This document shows, one piece after another, positions 29,371 through 39,767 of a DNA stretch of 64,000 nt (within the stretch, counting starts at the first letter, position 1; each line of letters starts with the position of its first letter). Made by a program: the position numbers and the translations under genes. The notes under the pieces are model-generated. The model was not told the DNA's origin. It did not search any database and saw only the letters and a list, made by a program, of their open reading frames with translations. The stretch covers positions 5,920,001 to 5,984,000 of the forward strand of contig OZ244587.1 in the NCBI GenBank assembly GCA_965218095.1, read 5' to 3'. Origin of the DNA: Candidatus Poribacteria bacterium. Lineage in GTDB: Bacteria; Poribacteria; WGA-4E; PCPOR2b.

Positions 29371-31173
29371 ATGCACAAAATAACAATTAACCAGATGCTA
29401 CAAAATACGATCCAGCAATATGGGGCGAAGGCTGCGTTATCCTGCAAAATTGACGGGGCTTATCAGGACATCTCTTACGCAGAGCTCGCGAATCAGGTCA
29501 AGTACTTCTGTTTAGGCTTGATCGAACTTGGGATTCGGAAAGGGGATCGGGTCGCGCTTCTATCAGAAAACCGCCCAGAGTGGGCAATTACTGACCTAGC
29601 GATTCTTGCTGTGGGTGGCGTTACAGTCCCGCCGTTTTCGACGTTGACGTCCCCACAGATAGAGTACATCGTCAGGGACTCAGGCGCAAAGCTCATCTGT
29701 GTATCCAGCGAAAAACAGGTGCAGAAGGTGAAAGCCTTTGACAACATGCCAACCAATCTTCAGCAGGTGATTATCTTCGATTCCATAGAGAGAGAAACCG
29801 ATGATTCGGTCCTCACCTTCGATCAGGTTTGCAAGCTCGGGAAGAAGGTTGAAAACGGCGATCAGGTTTACCAACAAGCCCGTGATGCTGTTGAACCAGA
29901 TGACCTCGCTTCGATTATTTATACCTCTGGGACGATGGGCGATCCAAAGGGGGCGATGTTGACGCACAACAACTTCATGTCGAATGCACGCGCCTGCAAC
30001 GAGATCGTAAGCTTTACCCACGAGGAGGTTTTCCTGTCCTTTCTGCCTTTAGCGCACGTATTCGAGCGAATGGGGGGACACTATCTGCCGTTGGGTTGCG
30101 GCGCGACCGTGGCCTATGCGGAAAGCCCATTTACAGTCGCTCGAAATATGACGGAAGTCCGTCCAACTGTCATGATGAGTGTCCCACGTCTGTATGAAAT
30201 GATGCACGACAAAATTATCCGTTCCGTCAAAGAAGGTTCTCCAACCAAACAGAAGATTTTCTACTGGAGTGTCGGGGTTGGCGAACAAGTGAGTCAGGCA
30301 GTACAACAGAAAAGGAAGCCATCTCCCATCTTATCGCTCAAGGCAAGTCTTGCTAACATACTGGTCTTCAAAAAACTTCAGGGAGCAACAGGCGGTCGCT
30401 TACGGTTCTTCGTCTCTGGGGGCGCCCCGCTGCCGAAATCGATCGCAGAGTTTTTCCACGCGGCAGGCCTCCTGATCCTCGAAGGGTATGGCTTGACAGA
30501 AACTTCACCGGTAATCAGTGTGAATCGTCCGGATCAGTGGAAGTTTGGCGCTGTTGGTCCCGTCATTCCGGACGTGGAAGTGAAGATTGTAGAAGATGGG
30601 GAGATCTTGACGCGAGGACCTCACGTCATGCAGGGCTATTTCAACAAACCAGAGGACACACGGGAAGTCATTGACGCAGATGGGTGGTTCCACACAGGTG
30701 ATATCGGGGAGCTCGATGCGGATGGCTTTCTGAAGATTACGGATCGGAAAAAGAATCTGATCGTCCTTTCCAACGGGAAAAATGTCGCTCCACAACCGAT
30801 CGAGAATCAACTCAAGCAGAGCCAGTACATCAACGAAATCATGCTCATCGGCGATCAACGCAAAAGCATTACCGCGCTTATTGTGCCAAATTTCGATGCG
30901 ATTCAGGAGTACGCAAGAGAGAGCCAGCTTGAGACTGAGGACGTCGCTGGGCTCATCAGGACGAAGGAGATTCAGCAACTCATTCGGCATGAAATTAACC
31001 AGTATTCGACGAGTTTTGCTGATTTTGAGCGGGTCAAGATGTTCACCTTACTGGAGCGGGAATTTACGCAGGAAGCTGGAGAGGTCACGCCAACGCTTAA
31101 ACTCAAGCGGAGGGTCATTGTCCAAAAGTACAAAGATCTGATTGAGGCGATGTATGGTGAGGAGGGTGAGTAA
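29371..31173 (+). CDS. Long-chain fatty acid-CoA ligase (AMP-dependent synthetase)
   Basis: Motifs IIYTSGTMGDPKG, FLPLAHVFER, EGYGLTETSP and GWFHTGDIG. Confidence 0.95.
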   Translation: MHKITINQMLQNTIQQYGAKAALSCKIDGAYQDISYAELANQVKYFCLGLIELGIRKGDRVALLSENRPEWAITDLAILAVGGVTVPPFSTLTSPQIEYIVRDSGAKLICVSSEKQVQKVKAFDNMPTNLQQVIIFDSIERETDDSVLTFDQVCKLGKKVENGDQVYQQARDAVEPDDLASIIYTSGTMGDPKGAMLTHNNFMSNARACNEIVSFTHEEVFLSFLPLAHVFERMGGHYLPLGCGATVAYAESPFTVARNMTEVRPTVMMSVPRLYEMMHDKIIRSVKEGSPTKQKIFYWSVGVGEQVSQAVQQKRKPSPILSLKASLANILVFKKLQGATGGRLRFFVSGGAPLPKSIAEFFHAAGLLILEGYGLTETSPVISVNRPDQWKFGAVGPVIPDVEVKIVEDGEILTRGPHVMQGYFNKPEDTREVIDADGWFHTGDIGELDADGFLKITDRKKNLIVLSNGKNVAPQPIENQLKQSQYINEIMLIGDQRKSITALIVPNFDAIQEYARESQLETEDVAGLIRTKEIQQLIRHEINQYSTSFADFERVKMFTLLEREFTQEAGEVTPTLKLKRRVIVQKYKDLIEAMYGEEGE

Positions 31174-31266
31174 GATTGAAGATAATCCCTACCTATTCCA
31201 ATCTCGGTTCGGAAGGATGGAAGGAAAGAAGAAGCCGATTTGCAAATTCGCCCGATTGCCGATTGT

Positions 31267-33078
31267 CTAAAACGCATGTCCGATTGCATAGGTGAGGACC
31301 GGTTTGAACGATGACTTTTCCGGGCCATCCAATGGGTATGCTAGGTCTACACGGTAGACCCGTGATCCACTTAGCTTGGGAATGCTAACTCGCAAACCAA
31401 ATCCGACACTCCGTTTTGGATCCCCCAGGTCGAAGGCATCTCCAGTCCAAATATAACCGACATCTGCAAAGATGGCAGTTCCAACCACAATCAGCGGATG
31501 TTGCCAGAAAATCGTTCGGCTTTCGATGTTCAGTCGAATTCTTTTGTCACCGCTGAATTGTCGGGAAGCATACCCTCGCAGTCCGCGATTTCCACCGAAG
31601 AGGACTTGCTCTTCGCCCTCAAGTCCGAATTGCATTTCTGTTGAAATTTGTGCAGCAAGGGTTTGATGCAGAAATAGATTCTTGCGTACAATTTTGATAT
31701 TTACGCTGAATACCGAGTCCTCCGCTTGCTGCTTGACAAAACGGGTTGCAAAGTCTGTGCGGGCGCGGAGGAAGAACATATCCTGATATGCTTGGGATAG
31801 GTTGAAGGACAAATCCAGTTTTGTTTCGGAGCGATCTGAACCATATAGTGGCGAAGCGTGACCAATTAATACGCCGTACCCATACCCGACGCCAATATCT
31901 TCGACACGTCCCATCTTATTGAGAAACCGTGTGCGGATAAAATCAAACTTTCTGTGATCAAGCGAGACGCCAATCATTTTCGCGTTTCTATCCTGAAAGT
32001 TAGCATTTGAAGGTGCGAATTTTTCAATCAGATTGAACTTGGATCGCTGGGATACAGCCCAGAGCGCGACTCGTGTCTGCTGACGACGGTCGCCAAAAGA
32101 GCGGATGACCCTTCCTGAGCCGGCCTGTGTACTATGCTCAAAAGTGTCTGTTTTTGTACCGTGGTCATACCAGCGGACTTCATCAACAGATTCGGAGGCG
32201 ATAAAATCTGCGCTCCACCGGGTCTGTAGTGAGTATAGGGGACGCTGCAGAGTCACGTTCCATGAGTTTCCCTCCCGCTTTTGCGTGTACACGCCATCAA
32301 ATTCCCAATGCGAATTAAACAGACGAAATGCATTGTATCGGCCGCTAGTTAGGTGACGTGGCTCTTCGCCATCTTCGCGAATTTGTTGATAACGGACACG
32401 GGCACGGTCTCCAAATCCGAACACATTTGAATCTGAGAGCGATATTAAAAAACTAGATTTGTTGTTACTAAAGGCGGGTAGATCCAGGGCAGGAAAAAAT
32501 GTCCACAGATCTGTGACTTCGACTTGGATCCAAACAAGTTTCGTTTCCGGATCGCGCGTGGCAAGAATCTCTGCGCTGCCCAGATATCGCTTCCGACGCA
32601 GGATACGCTCGCTTTCCAATTCATCTTCCGATGTGTAGGTGTCACCCTCTTGGAAGAGTAATTCCCTTTTGATTACATGTGCTTTGGTTCGCTGGTTCCC
32701 CTTGACCGTGATCTTGCCGATGGTCCCCTCATCAATGTGAATTCGCAGATAAACCCCTTCAGCGAACTTTTTGATAAAGGACCGGCTTTCATCAATCCGA
32801 GCAAACTGAAATCCATGCTCCTGGTAAAAGGAAATGATCCTATCGAAGTCCTGTCGCAGCAGATCGTCACGGTAACTTTGACTGATTCGCGTCTGCATCA
32901 AGCTCCTGATCTGCTCGTTAGAGAACGATTCATTCCCAGTCAGAACGATGTTGCGGATTCCGGCTGAATCTGCCGGTAATGTCTGAGGAAGGGTGATTAA
33001 GATGATAAGGGTCAGTGGATAAAGGAACTTCATCGGTGAATAAAAAAAGCGAAAGGTAAATGAGTTGATGGGTCTCAT
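31267..33078 (-). CDS. Omp85/BamA-TamA family outer membrane protein with POTRA domains
   Basis: POTRA-like ITVKGNQRTKAHVIKREL, GLRGY motif and C-terminal aromatic residue (GHAF). Confidence 0.85.
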   Translation of the reverse strand: MRPINSFTFRFFYSPMKFLYPLTLIILITLPQTLPADSAGIRNIVLTGNESFSNEQIRSLMQTRISQSYRDDLLRQDFDRIISFYQEHGFQFARIDESRSFIKKFAEGVYLRIHIDEGTIGKITVKGNQRTKAHVIKRELLFQEGDTYTSEDELESERILRRKRYLGSAEILATRDPETKLVWIQVEVTDLWTFFPALDLPAFSNNKSSFLISLSDSNVFGFGDRARVRYQQIREDGEEPRHLTSGRYNAFRLFNSHWEFDGVYTQKREGNSWNVTLQRPLYSLQTRWSADFIASESVDEVRWYDHGTKTDTFEHSTQAGSGRVIRSFGDRRQQTRVALWAVSQRSKFNLIEKFAPSNANFQDRNAKMIGVSLDHRKFDFIRTRFLNKMGRVEDIGVGYGYGVLIGHASPLYGSDRSETKLDLSFNLSQAYQDMFFLRARTDFATRFVKQQAEDSVFSVNIKIVRKNLFLHQTLAAQISTEMQFGLEGEEQVLFGGNRGLRGYASRQFSGDKRIRLNIESRTIFWQHPLIVVGTAIFADVGYIWTGDAFDLGDPKRSVGFGLRVSIPKLSGSRVYRVDLAYPLDGPEKSSFKPVLTYAIGHAF

Positions 33079-33132
33079 GCGTACGCTCGTTCATTGGTCG
33101 TTTTCTATCGACTGAACGCTTGAACTCACGTT

Positions 33133-35229
33133 TCACACTCGACCTGGCATAGAATGATCAGCAACTGCACTTTCGAGATTGGATAGAATTCCTTCAATTA
33201 ACATGAGGAGGAGCGCAATCAGTAAAAGCTCGCTCCAGATCTCTTTGCCAATCCGATAAGTATTGAGCGTCCGATCTAACGCTTCCGATTCCGGGATGGT
33301 GTTCATCTGCGCACCGATTCGCTCTGCTGCTTCTCGAATTGAGATGTGTTGTAACTCAGATTCTGTTGTATCGACGTTGACGGCAAAAAAATCTCGCAGG
33401 AGTTGATCTTTGCCCTGCACCTCAACCTGATAAATACCGGGGGCATTTGTTCCACTAAACACGAGTGAACCATCTTCTCCAAGCAAGATAGTCTCCGGCG
33501 AATAGGTCGTGTCCCCAACGCGCTCCACCCGTGCAGTTACCGCACCACTCTGACGGTAGTTTGCGGTGTGAGATTGACCGACGATTAAGTTTCTCTGGTG
33601 CGTTGACTGAATTGCCTTTGCGTATAGGACAGTTTGTTGCAACAGGGGGAGGAAATGCGGATTGACAAGCAGATTCGATGCACTTAACCGGGTTGCAGAT
33701 ACATTAAATAGTATCGCTATCCCCAGGTCAGTTGGGCGTTCAATCAGGAAAGGCGTACCATCACTCAGTTGTGCAACGACCCTCGCATCTTCAGCAGGCT
33801 TTAAGATCAACCCACGATAAAACTGCGGGGCATACTGTCCCGCAAAATCTTCTGGCTTAAACACCTCAAAAACCGGATAATCTGCCTGGTAGCTTGACAA
33901 CCTTAGCGGTGGCTGCCACGTTGTCGGTTGTCCGACACTTGCGGGCACCCAATCGTCGAACGAGTTGTAACTCGCTGTATCAACGTCAGCACTCACAAAG
34001 TAGATTACGCTTTTTCCTTCACGCATAAACGCTTGCAGTTGTTGCTGAACGCGGACTGAGAGTATCGGCACATCCGCTAAAATCAGGATGTCATAGTCTG
34101 TTAGCGGTAGATTTTCCAACTCCGCCGGGGAAGCAGTTGCAGGCAAAATGGTATAATCGGCGTTTGGTTGCTGCCGGATCGCTGGGTTTAATGCGAGGGT
34201 CAGGTACACCGTTTGAGCCCCCACGCAAAGGACATGAATTTGGCCGTAGGCATTAAGTGCAAAGTAACGCCGGTTGTCGATAGTCAGCCGATCCGGGGTC
34301 AATTCTAGATAACCGGTGTACGTGCCGGGGGCCTCAAATTGGTGCGTAAAAGTCGATGTGATGGACTCATGTACTTCCCCTCGCAGGCTGATAGATCTCC
34401 GTTTCCGATCACCGATAAATAGTGTCAGTGTCGTTTCTTCCAACGGGGCATCCGAATGGTTACTCACCTGTACCCTCAACTGAATGGGGAGGTGTATACC
34501 AATTAGTTGGCTGGATGCTCGAACTTCTTCAATGCTTATATTGTCTGCGACTTCATCATCAACGGGAAGCAGGAAAATCCTTGCGCCCGATCTATTCGGT
34601 ATGCGATCCCAGCTTTCCCAACCGTTTCGATTGAAATCCGAGATGAGGTAGATCTCTTTGTTCGGATCATTGGACGCTTCGAGGATTTCGTGCGCCATTT
34701 CGAGACTCGGCTGGACAAGCGTCGAACGGTAAGAGATCTGGGCGTTGCGTATCGCGTCTTTGACCTGCTCCAGGTCCTTCGTCAATTTTCGGAAGATCGG
34801 ATCGGGAACATCAGACATCAAAATCACGGCGGCGCTATCGCCGCGTCGAAGGGATTGAGCGACTTCAAGCGCTATCTCCTTCGCTTTCTCAAACCACTGT
34901 CCTTGAATGCCTTGATACGCCATGCTGTAGGAATTATCCAGAACGATGACAACACTGGTTTTCGCTCTTGCACCGGCGAAGGAGAATTGGTTCTTGAGCA
35001 GTGGGCGAGCCAAGGCCAGGGCAATCAGTATAATGATCATTATCCGCAGAAACAAGATTAGCAGATTTTTGAGTTGAATGCGTCGGACATTTTGCCGATG
35101 CGCTACCAACAAAAACATCAAGCTGCTAAAGTCCACAGTCTTCGCTTGACGACGACTCCAGAGGTGAATCAACAGCGGCACAGCAGCCGCTAGCATGCCA
35201 AATAGAAAAAGCGGGTTAAGAAATCCCAA
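33133..35229 (-). CDS. BatA N-terminal domain plus vWA domain membrane protein
   Basis: FLNPLFL...PLLIHL, LALARP, MIDAS motif LDNSYSM, ISDF, FAVNVDTTESEL and a C-terminal transmembrane helix. Confidence 0.88.
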   Translation of the reverse strand: MGFLNPLFLFGMLAAAVPLLIHLWSRRQAKTVDFSSLMFLLVAHRQNVRRIQLKNLLILFLRIMIIILIALALARPLLKNQFSFAGARAKTSVVIVLDNSYSMAYQGIQGQWFEKAKEIALEVAQSLRRGDSAAVILMSDVPDPIFRKLTKDLEQVKDAIRNAQISYRSTLVQPSLEMAHEILEASNDPNKEIYLISDFNRNGWESWDRIPNRSGARIFLLPVDDEVADNISIEEVRASSQLIGIHLPIQLRVQVSNHSDAPLEETTLTLFIGDRKRRSISLRGEVHESITSTFTHQFEAPGTYTGYLELTPDRLTIDNRRYFALNAYGQIHVLCVGAQTVYLTLALNPAIRQQPNADYTILPATASPAELENLPLTDYDILILADVPILSVRVQQQLQAFMREGKSVIYFVSADVDTASYNSFDDWVPASVGQPTTWQPPLRLSSYQADYPVFEVFKPEDFAGQYAPQFYRGLILKPAEDARVVAQLSDGTPFLIERPTDLGIAILFNVSATRLSASNLLVNPHFLPLLQQTVLYAKAIQSTHQRNLIVGQSHTANYRQSGAVTARVERVGDTTYSPETILLGEDGSLVFSGTNAPGIYQVEVQGKDQLLRDFFAVNVDTTESELQHISIREAAERIGAQMNTIPESEALDRTLNTYRIGKEIWSELLLIALLLMLIEGILSNLESAVADHSMPGRV

Positions 35230-35432
35230 CAGTTGCTCTCCTTAAAAATCATGCTGCAAATATGCGACGATGCATAGATGCAAGGATACCTGACTGAATC
35301 CCTAAATCGTTGTATCTCCGATCACGTTTCATGTCGAATCCCGTCTGGCAATCAGAAGTTCCACCTCAACCTTGGAACTATTTCCCTATCCTGAAGGATT
35401 TTTGCTGTTTCGATTGCACCTGTCAATTATAT

Positions 35433-36537
35433 GAGGGGTGCTCATAAGTAGACTTGAGTCAGGATAACGGTTATAATCTAATCTAACGTGCAAGAAAGAG
35501 AGGATTATAACATGGGTTATCCTGACAGTACGTATTATATCACATTTTTGTTTGAACAACTTGACCATTTCAACGCTTCCAGCCATGCACCGCCACCTGA
35601 GAGCCATGGACGTCCGAAATCGTATACAGACGACTGCTTGATTGTCCTTTTTGCCATCTTAACGCTCAAAGGCCTCCATCGCTTTAAGGCACAACACAGA
35701 TGGCTCAAGCTACACCCGCAGTGGCTGTGTCGTCTTAAACTGGCATGTGTTCCGTCTCGGGCAACCCTTTGCCGACGCTACAAACAACTCGCTTACCAGC
35801 TAGAGGCGTTCATCGGGTATCTCGGTGATGTGGGAATGACTTTGATACCTGACTCACCTCCAGAGGTGGTTTACCAAGACAAAAGTCTGTTTAAGGCAAA
35901 AGGAAGCGTCTGGCATCAGAAGGATAGAAATGCCAATCGCATCCCAACTGGCATCCGTGCCATTGACACAGACGCCAGTTGGTCAAAGAGTCACTATCAC
36001 GGTTGGGTTTACGGCTATGGGCTTCATCTGACCGTCTCTATAGAGGGATTGCCTCGTATGAGTGCCATTGACACCGCGTGTGTGAGTGAAAAAGCCGTCC
36101 TTGACCGACAACTCGACACACTGCTTGAACAGAACATCGGGTATTTAGTCGCTGATGCCGGCTATACCGACTTGAAACGTACCCAACACTTGGCGAACCA
36201 GGGACTGTTGCTAATCACTCCCGTCAGAGGCGCAAAGAGTCAGCGGGCACGGCGTTATGTTGAAGCGGTGAATCAATCGGCGCAGTTGCAGACCTATCAA
36301 CACAAGCGCAAGGTTGCTATTGAACCTATCTTTGGATTGTTGAGCCAATTACTATCGACCCATACCAATCATAAGCAATTGCCGGTGAGTCGAAAAGCGA
36401 ATGTCTCTACCTTTTTGATGCTGGGGGTGGTTTTACTGCAACTGGCTATGTTAGTCAATTCTATTTGGGGAAGACCCCTGAGAAATGTAACACATCTGAT
36501 TACACTCTTTCGATAAGGGGACTTATGCACACCCCTC
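35433..36537 (+). mobile_element. IS982/IS5-like DDE insertion sequence, apparently intact (element A)
   Basis: Inverted repeats GAGGGGTG..CATAAGT; flanked by AATTATAT at 35425-35432 and 36538-36545. Confidence 0.9.
35512..36516 (+). CDS. DDE transposase (DDE_Tnp_1-like)
   Basis: Uninterrupted ORF with YQDKS, GWVYGYGLH, VADAGY and IEPIF. Confidence 0.9.
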   Translation: MGYPDSTYYITFLFEQLDHFNASSHAPPPESHGRPKSYTDDCLIVLFAILTLKGLHRFKAQHRWLKLHPQWLCRLKLACVPSRATLCRRYKQLAYQLEAFIGYLGDVGMTLIPDSPPEVVYQDKSLFKAKGSVWHQKDRNANRIPTGIRAIDTDASWSKSHYHGWVYGYGLHLTVSIEGLPRMSAIDTACVSEKAVLDRQLDTLLEQNIGYLVADAGYTDLKRTQHLANQGLLLITPVRGAKSQRARRYVEAVNQSAQLQTYQHKRKVAIEPIFGLLSQLLSTHTNHKQLPVSRKANVSTFLMLGVVLLQLAMLVNSIWGRPLRNVTHLITLFR

Positions 36538-36545
36538 AATTATAT

Positions 36546-37643
36546 GAGGGTGGAACATAATTGCAATTGAGTCAGGATAACGGTTATCCTTTGATAGAGT
36601 CTAATCTAAATCAAAGGAGATTAACATGTGTTATCCTGACGAATCAGATTATATCCAATTTCTGTTTCAAAGGCTACAAGATTTTGAGGTGGCAACCGAC
36701 TCGAAGCAACCCAACAAGCCCGGGCGCTCCAAAGCCTATACCGATGCCTCATTGATTGTCTTTTTTGCCATCATGACGCTCAAGGGACTTAATGAATTTC
36801 GAGTCCAACACCGGTGGCTTATTGCCCACCCGCTGGCGCTTTGCACACTCAAGCTCAAAAAAATCCCGTCTCGGATGACCCTTTTGCGGCGATACAAAGC
36901 CCTTTCCCCCAAACTCGCCGAATTTATCACTTTCCTTGGGGATTGGGCGACGCCTCTGGGGAACGACTTTAGCCGAGAAGTGGTTTATCAAGATAAGAAC
37001 TTGTTTAAAAGGGCCTGTTTGGCACCACAAAGACCGAGAACAAAACCGAGTGCCAGAGAGGGTGAGAAATCTCGACCGAGATGCCACGTGGTCTAAGAGC
37101 GGGTATCACGGGTGGGTTTACGGCTATGGACTTCATACCACCGTGACCGCATACGGATTTCCAATAATGGGTATAGCCGATACGGCGTCAGTGAGTGAAA
37201 AAGCAGTTCTCGACCAAACAACGGTGCTACTTCTTCAACGGAATATCAGGTATCTGGTTGCCGATGCCGGGTACACCGACTTGAGGCGAACCGAGGCATT
37301 GGCACAAGCGGGGGTGTTGCTAATCACCCCGGTGATTGGGGCAATCGGTGACAAAGGGAGTCGTTACGTTGAATATCTCAATCTACCTGAGTTGCAAGCC
37401 TACCAGAGCCAACGCTAGGTGGCTATCGAGCCAATATTTGATTTGCTGAAGATGCTGTTATCGACACCCAGTAACCACAAGCAACTGCCGGTCAGTGGCA
37501 AAGCGAATGGGGTCACCTTTTTAGTACTAGGTGTGATGCTGCTGCAACTGGCGATGTTGATGAATTCCATCTGGAGGTTACCTTTGAGAAATGTGACCCA
37601 CATCATTATTCTATTTCGTTAAATTTAATTATGAACCACCCTC
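36546..37643 (+). mobile_element. IS982/IS5-like DDE insertion sequence, defective (copy B2), in tandem with element A
   Basis: Same inverted repeats as 18668-19766; a third AATTATAT at 37644-37651; frameshift near 37010 and TAG at 37416-37418. Confidence 0.9.
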
Positions 37644-37811
37644 AATTATATGCGACGCGCCCACAAAGATCAAGCTGAAAACAAAAAAGCCCCAAAAAGT
37701 AATCACTTCACCTTATTTAGTGAAGGATCCAAATGTGTTGTTAAAATTTACGCAAATTTTTCAATTTTAAGGGAAAATCCAGGAATTCAATAGAATTTTG
37801 GATAAAATATG

Positions 37812-37840
37812 TTGACAATTTATTCATCATGTGATATATT
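37812..37840 (+). promoter_or_regulatory. Sigma70-like promoter of the DUF2089-DUF4097 operon
   Basis: TTGACA-17 bp-TATATT. Confidence 0.6.
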
Positions 37841-37953
37841 TTCAATTAATCTCCGTCCGGTGTGAATCCGAATGCTTGGATTGACTCGGAGGAAATATAA
37901 ATTTGCTTAGAAGACCACTAATTTTTACGTTTATCCAAAGGAGTGAGATAACC

Positions 37954-38340
37954 TTGCGAAAGGTATTAGAGAAATGTCCAACATGCGGCGGCGAACTGAC
38001 GATAACCGGGTTACACTGTCGCTCCTGCCACACTAGGGTTGAAAGTCAGTATTCGACCTGCCGCTTTTGCCGTCTATCACAGAACAGCCTCGATTTCATT
38101 GAGATCTTTGTCAAGAATCGAGGGAATATTAAAGAGATGGAACGAGAACTCGGAATCTCCTATCCAACGGTTCGCAGCCGTTTGAACGCTGTCATTGACG
38201 AGCTTGGCTATAAGGTCAAGCCGGAGTCACTGCACTCGGAGGAGGTTGCAGAAAAACGTCGCGACATCCTCAAGCGCCTGAATGAAGAGGAAATTTCTGC
38301 AACAGAGGCAGCTAAATTAATAAATCAGCTCAAGAGATAG
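37954..38340 (+). CDS. DUF2089 family zinc-ribbon/HTH protein
   Basis: CPTCG...CRSC and GNIKEMERELGISYPTVRSRL. The start codon is uncertain (TTG at 37954 follows AAGGAG). Confidence 0.85.
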   Translation: MRKVLEKCPTCGGELTITGLHCRSCHTRVESQYSTCRFCRLSQNSLDFIEIFVKNRGNIKEMERELGISYPTVRSRLNAVIDELGYKVKPESLHSEEVAEKRRDILKRLNEEEISATEAAKLINQLKR

Positions 38341-38366
38341 CTGGCGCTTATGAGGAGGAAATAGCA

Positions 38367-39767
38367 ATGAACGAGGAAAGAATGCTTATTCTCAAAATGG
38401 TGGCTGAAGGAACAATCACAGCAGAGGAAGCGGAGTCGCTTCTGCAAACCCTTGAAGACATAGATGAATCGAAACGCGGTGTATCGGAACAATCATCCCC
38501 CGGCAATCAGCAAGCGGGTGTGGTTGAGTTGCTGAAGGCTGGCGCTGAAGTCCTCAGAGATCAAGCCTTAAGCATTAAAGCGGAAGTGTTGAAAAGCCAG
38601 CATAAGTTTCTGCGTAATCAGAAACGCGCTTTGAGAAATTCGCTTAGAGAAGTGCAGCGGGAAAAGCATCGAGATCGCGATCATGGTGAAAGCCGTAGAA
38701 CCCGTCACGAGGAGCCGAGAATACGGCATCGTATTGAAACAGGTGAAAGGGTCGATCTAGAAATTGATCATCGACACGGGGATATCGAGGTGGCGTCATG
38801 GGCAGGAAACGACCTCGAAATTATGTATCAGAAGATAGTGTGGGCGGAGGATGAGGAAACCGCTAAAGAAATCGCTTCGGCGATTGAAATCCAGATTGAC
38901 CACGATGAAGCTTCTTCAAACACGGGAACGCGGGTGTCGATCACGACGGACTATCCGGAAGACCGGGAATTGTGGCGAGATAATCGGCGCCGGGCGCGAG
39001 TCAATTATTGGCTGCAAGTCCCACAGCAGACGAACCTGCAAATCGATAATCAGCACGGTAATGTCTCCGTACGCGATCTGCGCGGGACAACCACCGTTGG
39101 CAACCAACACGGCGATGTCTCCGTCCATGCAATTGATGGCGATCTGAACCTGGACACGTGCCATGGAAACGTTGAGGTTGACTCGATTCAAGGAAATGTG
39201 CAATTTAAGGGCGGGCATGGAAATGCCGATTTCGGTAAAGTCGGAGGTAGCCTTGAAGGCGATCGCGCACATGGCAACCTGGAGCTTCACGGAATCCAAG
39301 GTGATCTTACGCTGACGCATCGCCATGGACATGCCGAAGCAGATGCAGTGCATGGCGTGATCCGGATCGACAAGCACCATGGGCATATTGAACTGAAAGG
39401 GGTACGCGATACATTCCACATCAATGCGCATCACGCAAACCTCCACCTCAATGTGACCTCACCTTTGAGCGGAGATTGCTTAATCAAAGGGCATCACGCA
39501 CAAGTGGATCTGATCGCGCCCGCAAATGCGTTCGCATTGATTCAGGCATCAACCCATCATGGGAGTATCTCCTCAGAATTCGAGGGTGATCTCATCAAGA
39601 AGAAACATGATCAACAATTTACGGCAACCCCGAACGACAGCGGGGCAAACCTTGAGATCACTGACCATCACGGGCGAATCAACCTCCGTCGGCGTGGCGC
39701 GGTGATTACGGCAGATGATCAAGAGATAGTTGAACAAGAAGAAACAGGAGGAGAAAGCGATGAATAA
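38367..39767 (+). CDS. SHOCT-like N-terminus plus DUF4097 beta-solenoid protein, His-rich
   Basis: EERMLILKMVAEGTITAEEAESLL, followed by about 12 repeats with xxHG turns. Confidence 0.8.
   Translation: MNEERMLILKMVAEGTITAEEAESLLQTLEDIDESKRGVSEQSSPGNQQAGVVELLKAGAEVLRDQALSIKAEVLKSQHKFLRNQKRALRNSLREVQREKHRDRDHGESRRTRHEEPRIRHRIETGERVDLEIDHRHGDIEVASWAGNDLEIMYQKIVWAEDEETAKEIASAIEIQIDHDEASSNTGTRVSITTDYPEDRELWRDNRRRARVNYWLQVPQQTNLQIDNQHGNVSVRDLRGTTTVGNQHGDVSVHAIDGDLNLDTCHGNVEVDSIQGNVQFKGGHGNADFGKVGGSLEGDRAHGNLELHGIQGDLTLTHRHGHAEADAVHGVIRIDKHHGHIELKGVRDTFHINAHHANLHLNVTSPLSGDCLIKGHHAQVDLIAPANAFALIQASTHHGSISSEFEGDLIKKKHDQQFTATPNDSGANLEITDHHGRINLRRRGAVITADDQEIVEQEETGGESDE

Noticed and set aside
18668-37643. 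Composite transposon or inversion bounded by the two inverted B copies
   Set aside because: Each copy has its own matching target duplication, so they are independent insertions with no rearrangement between them.
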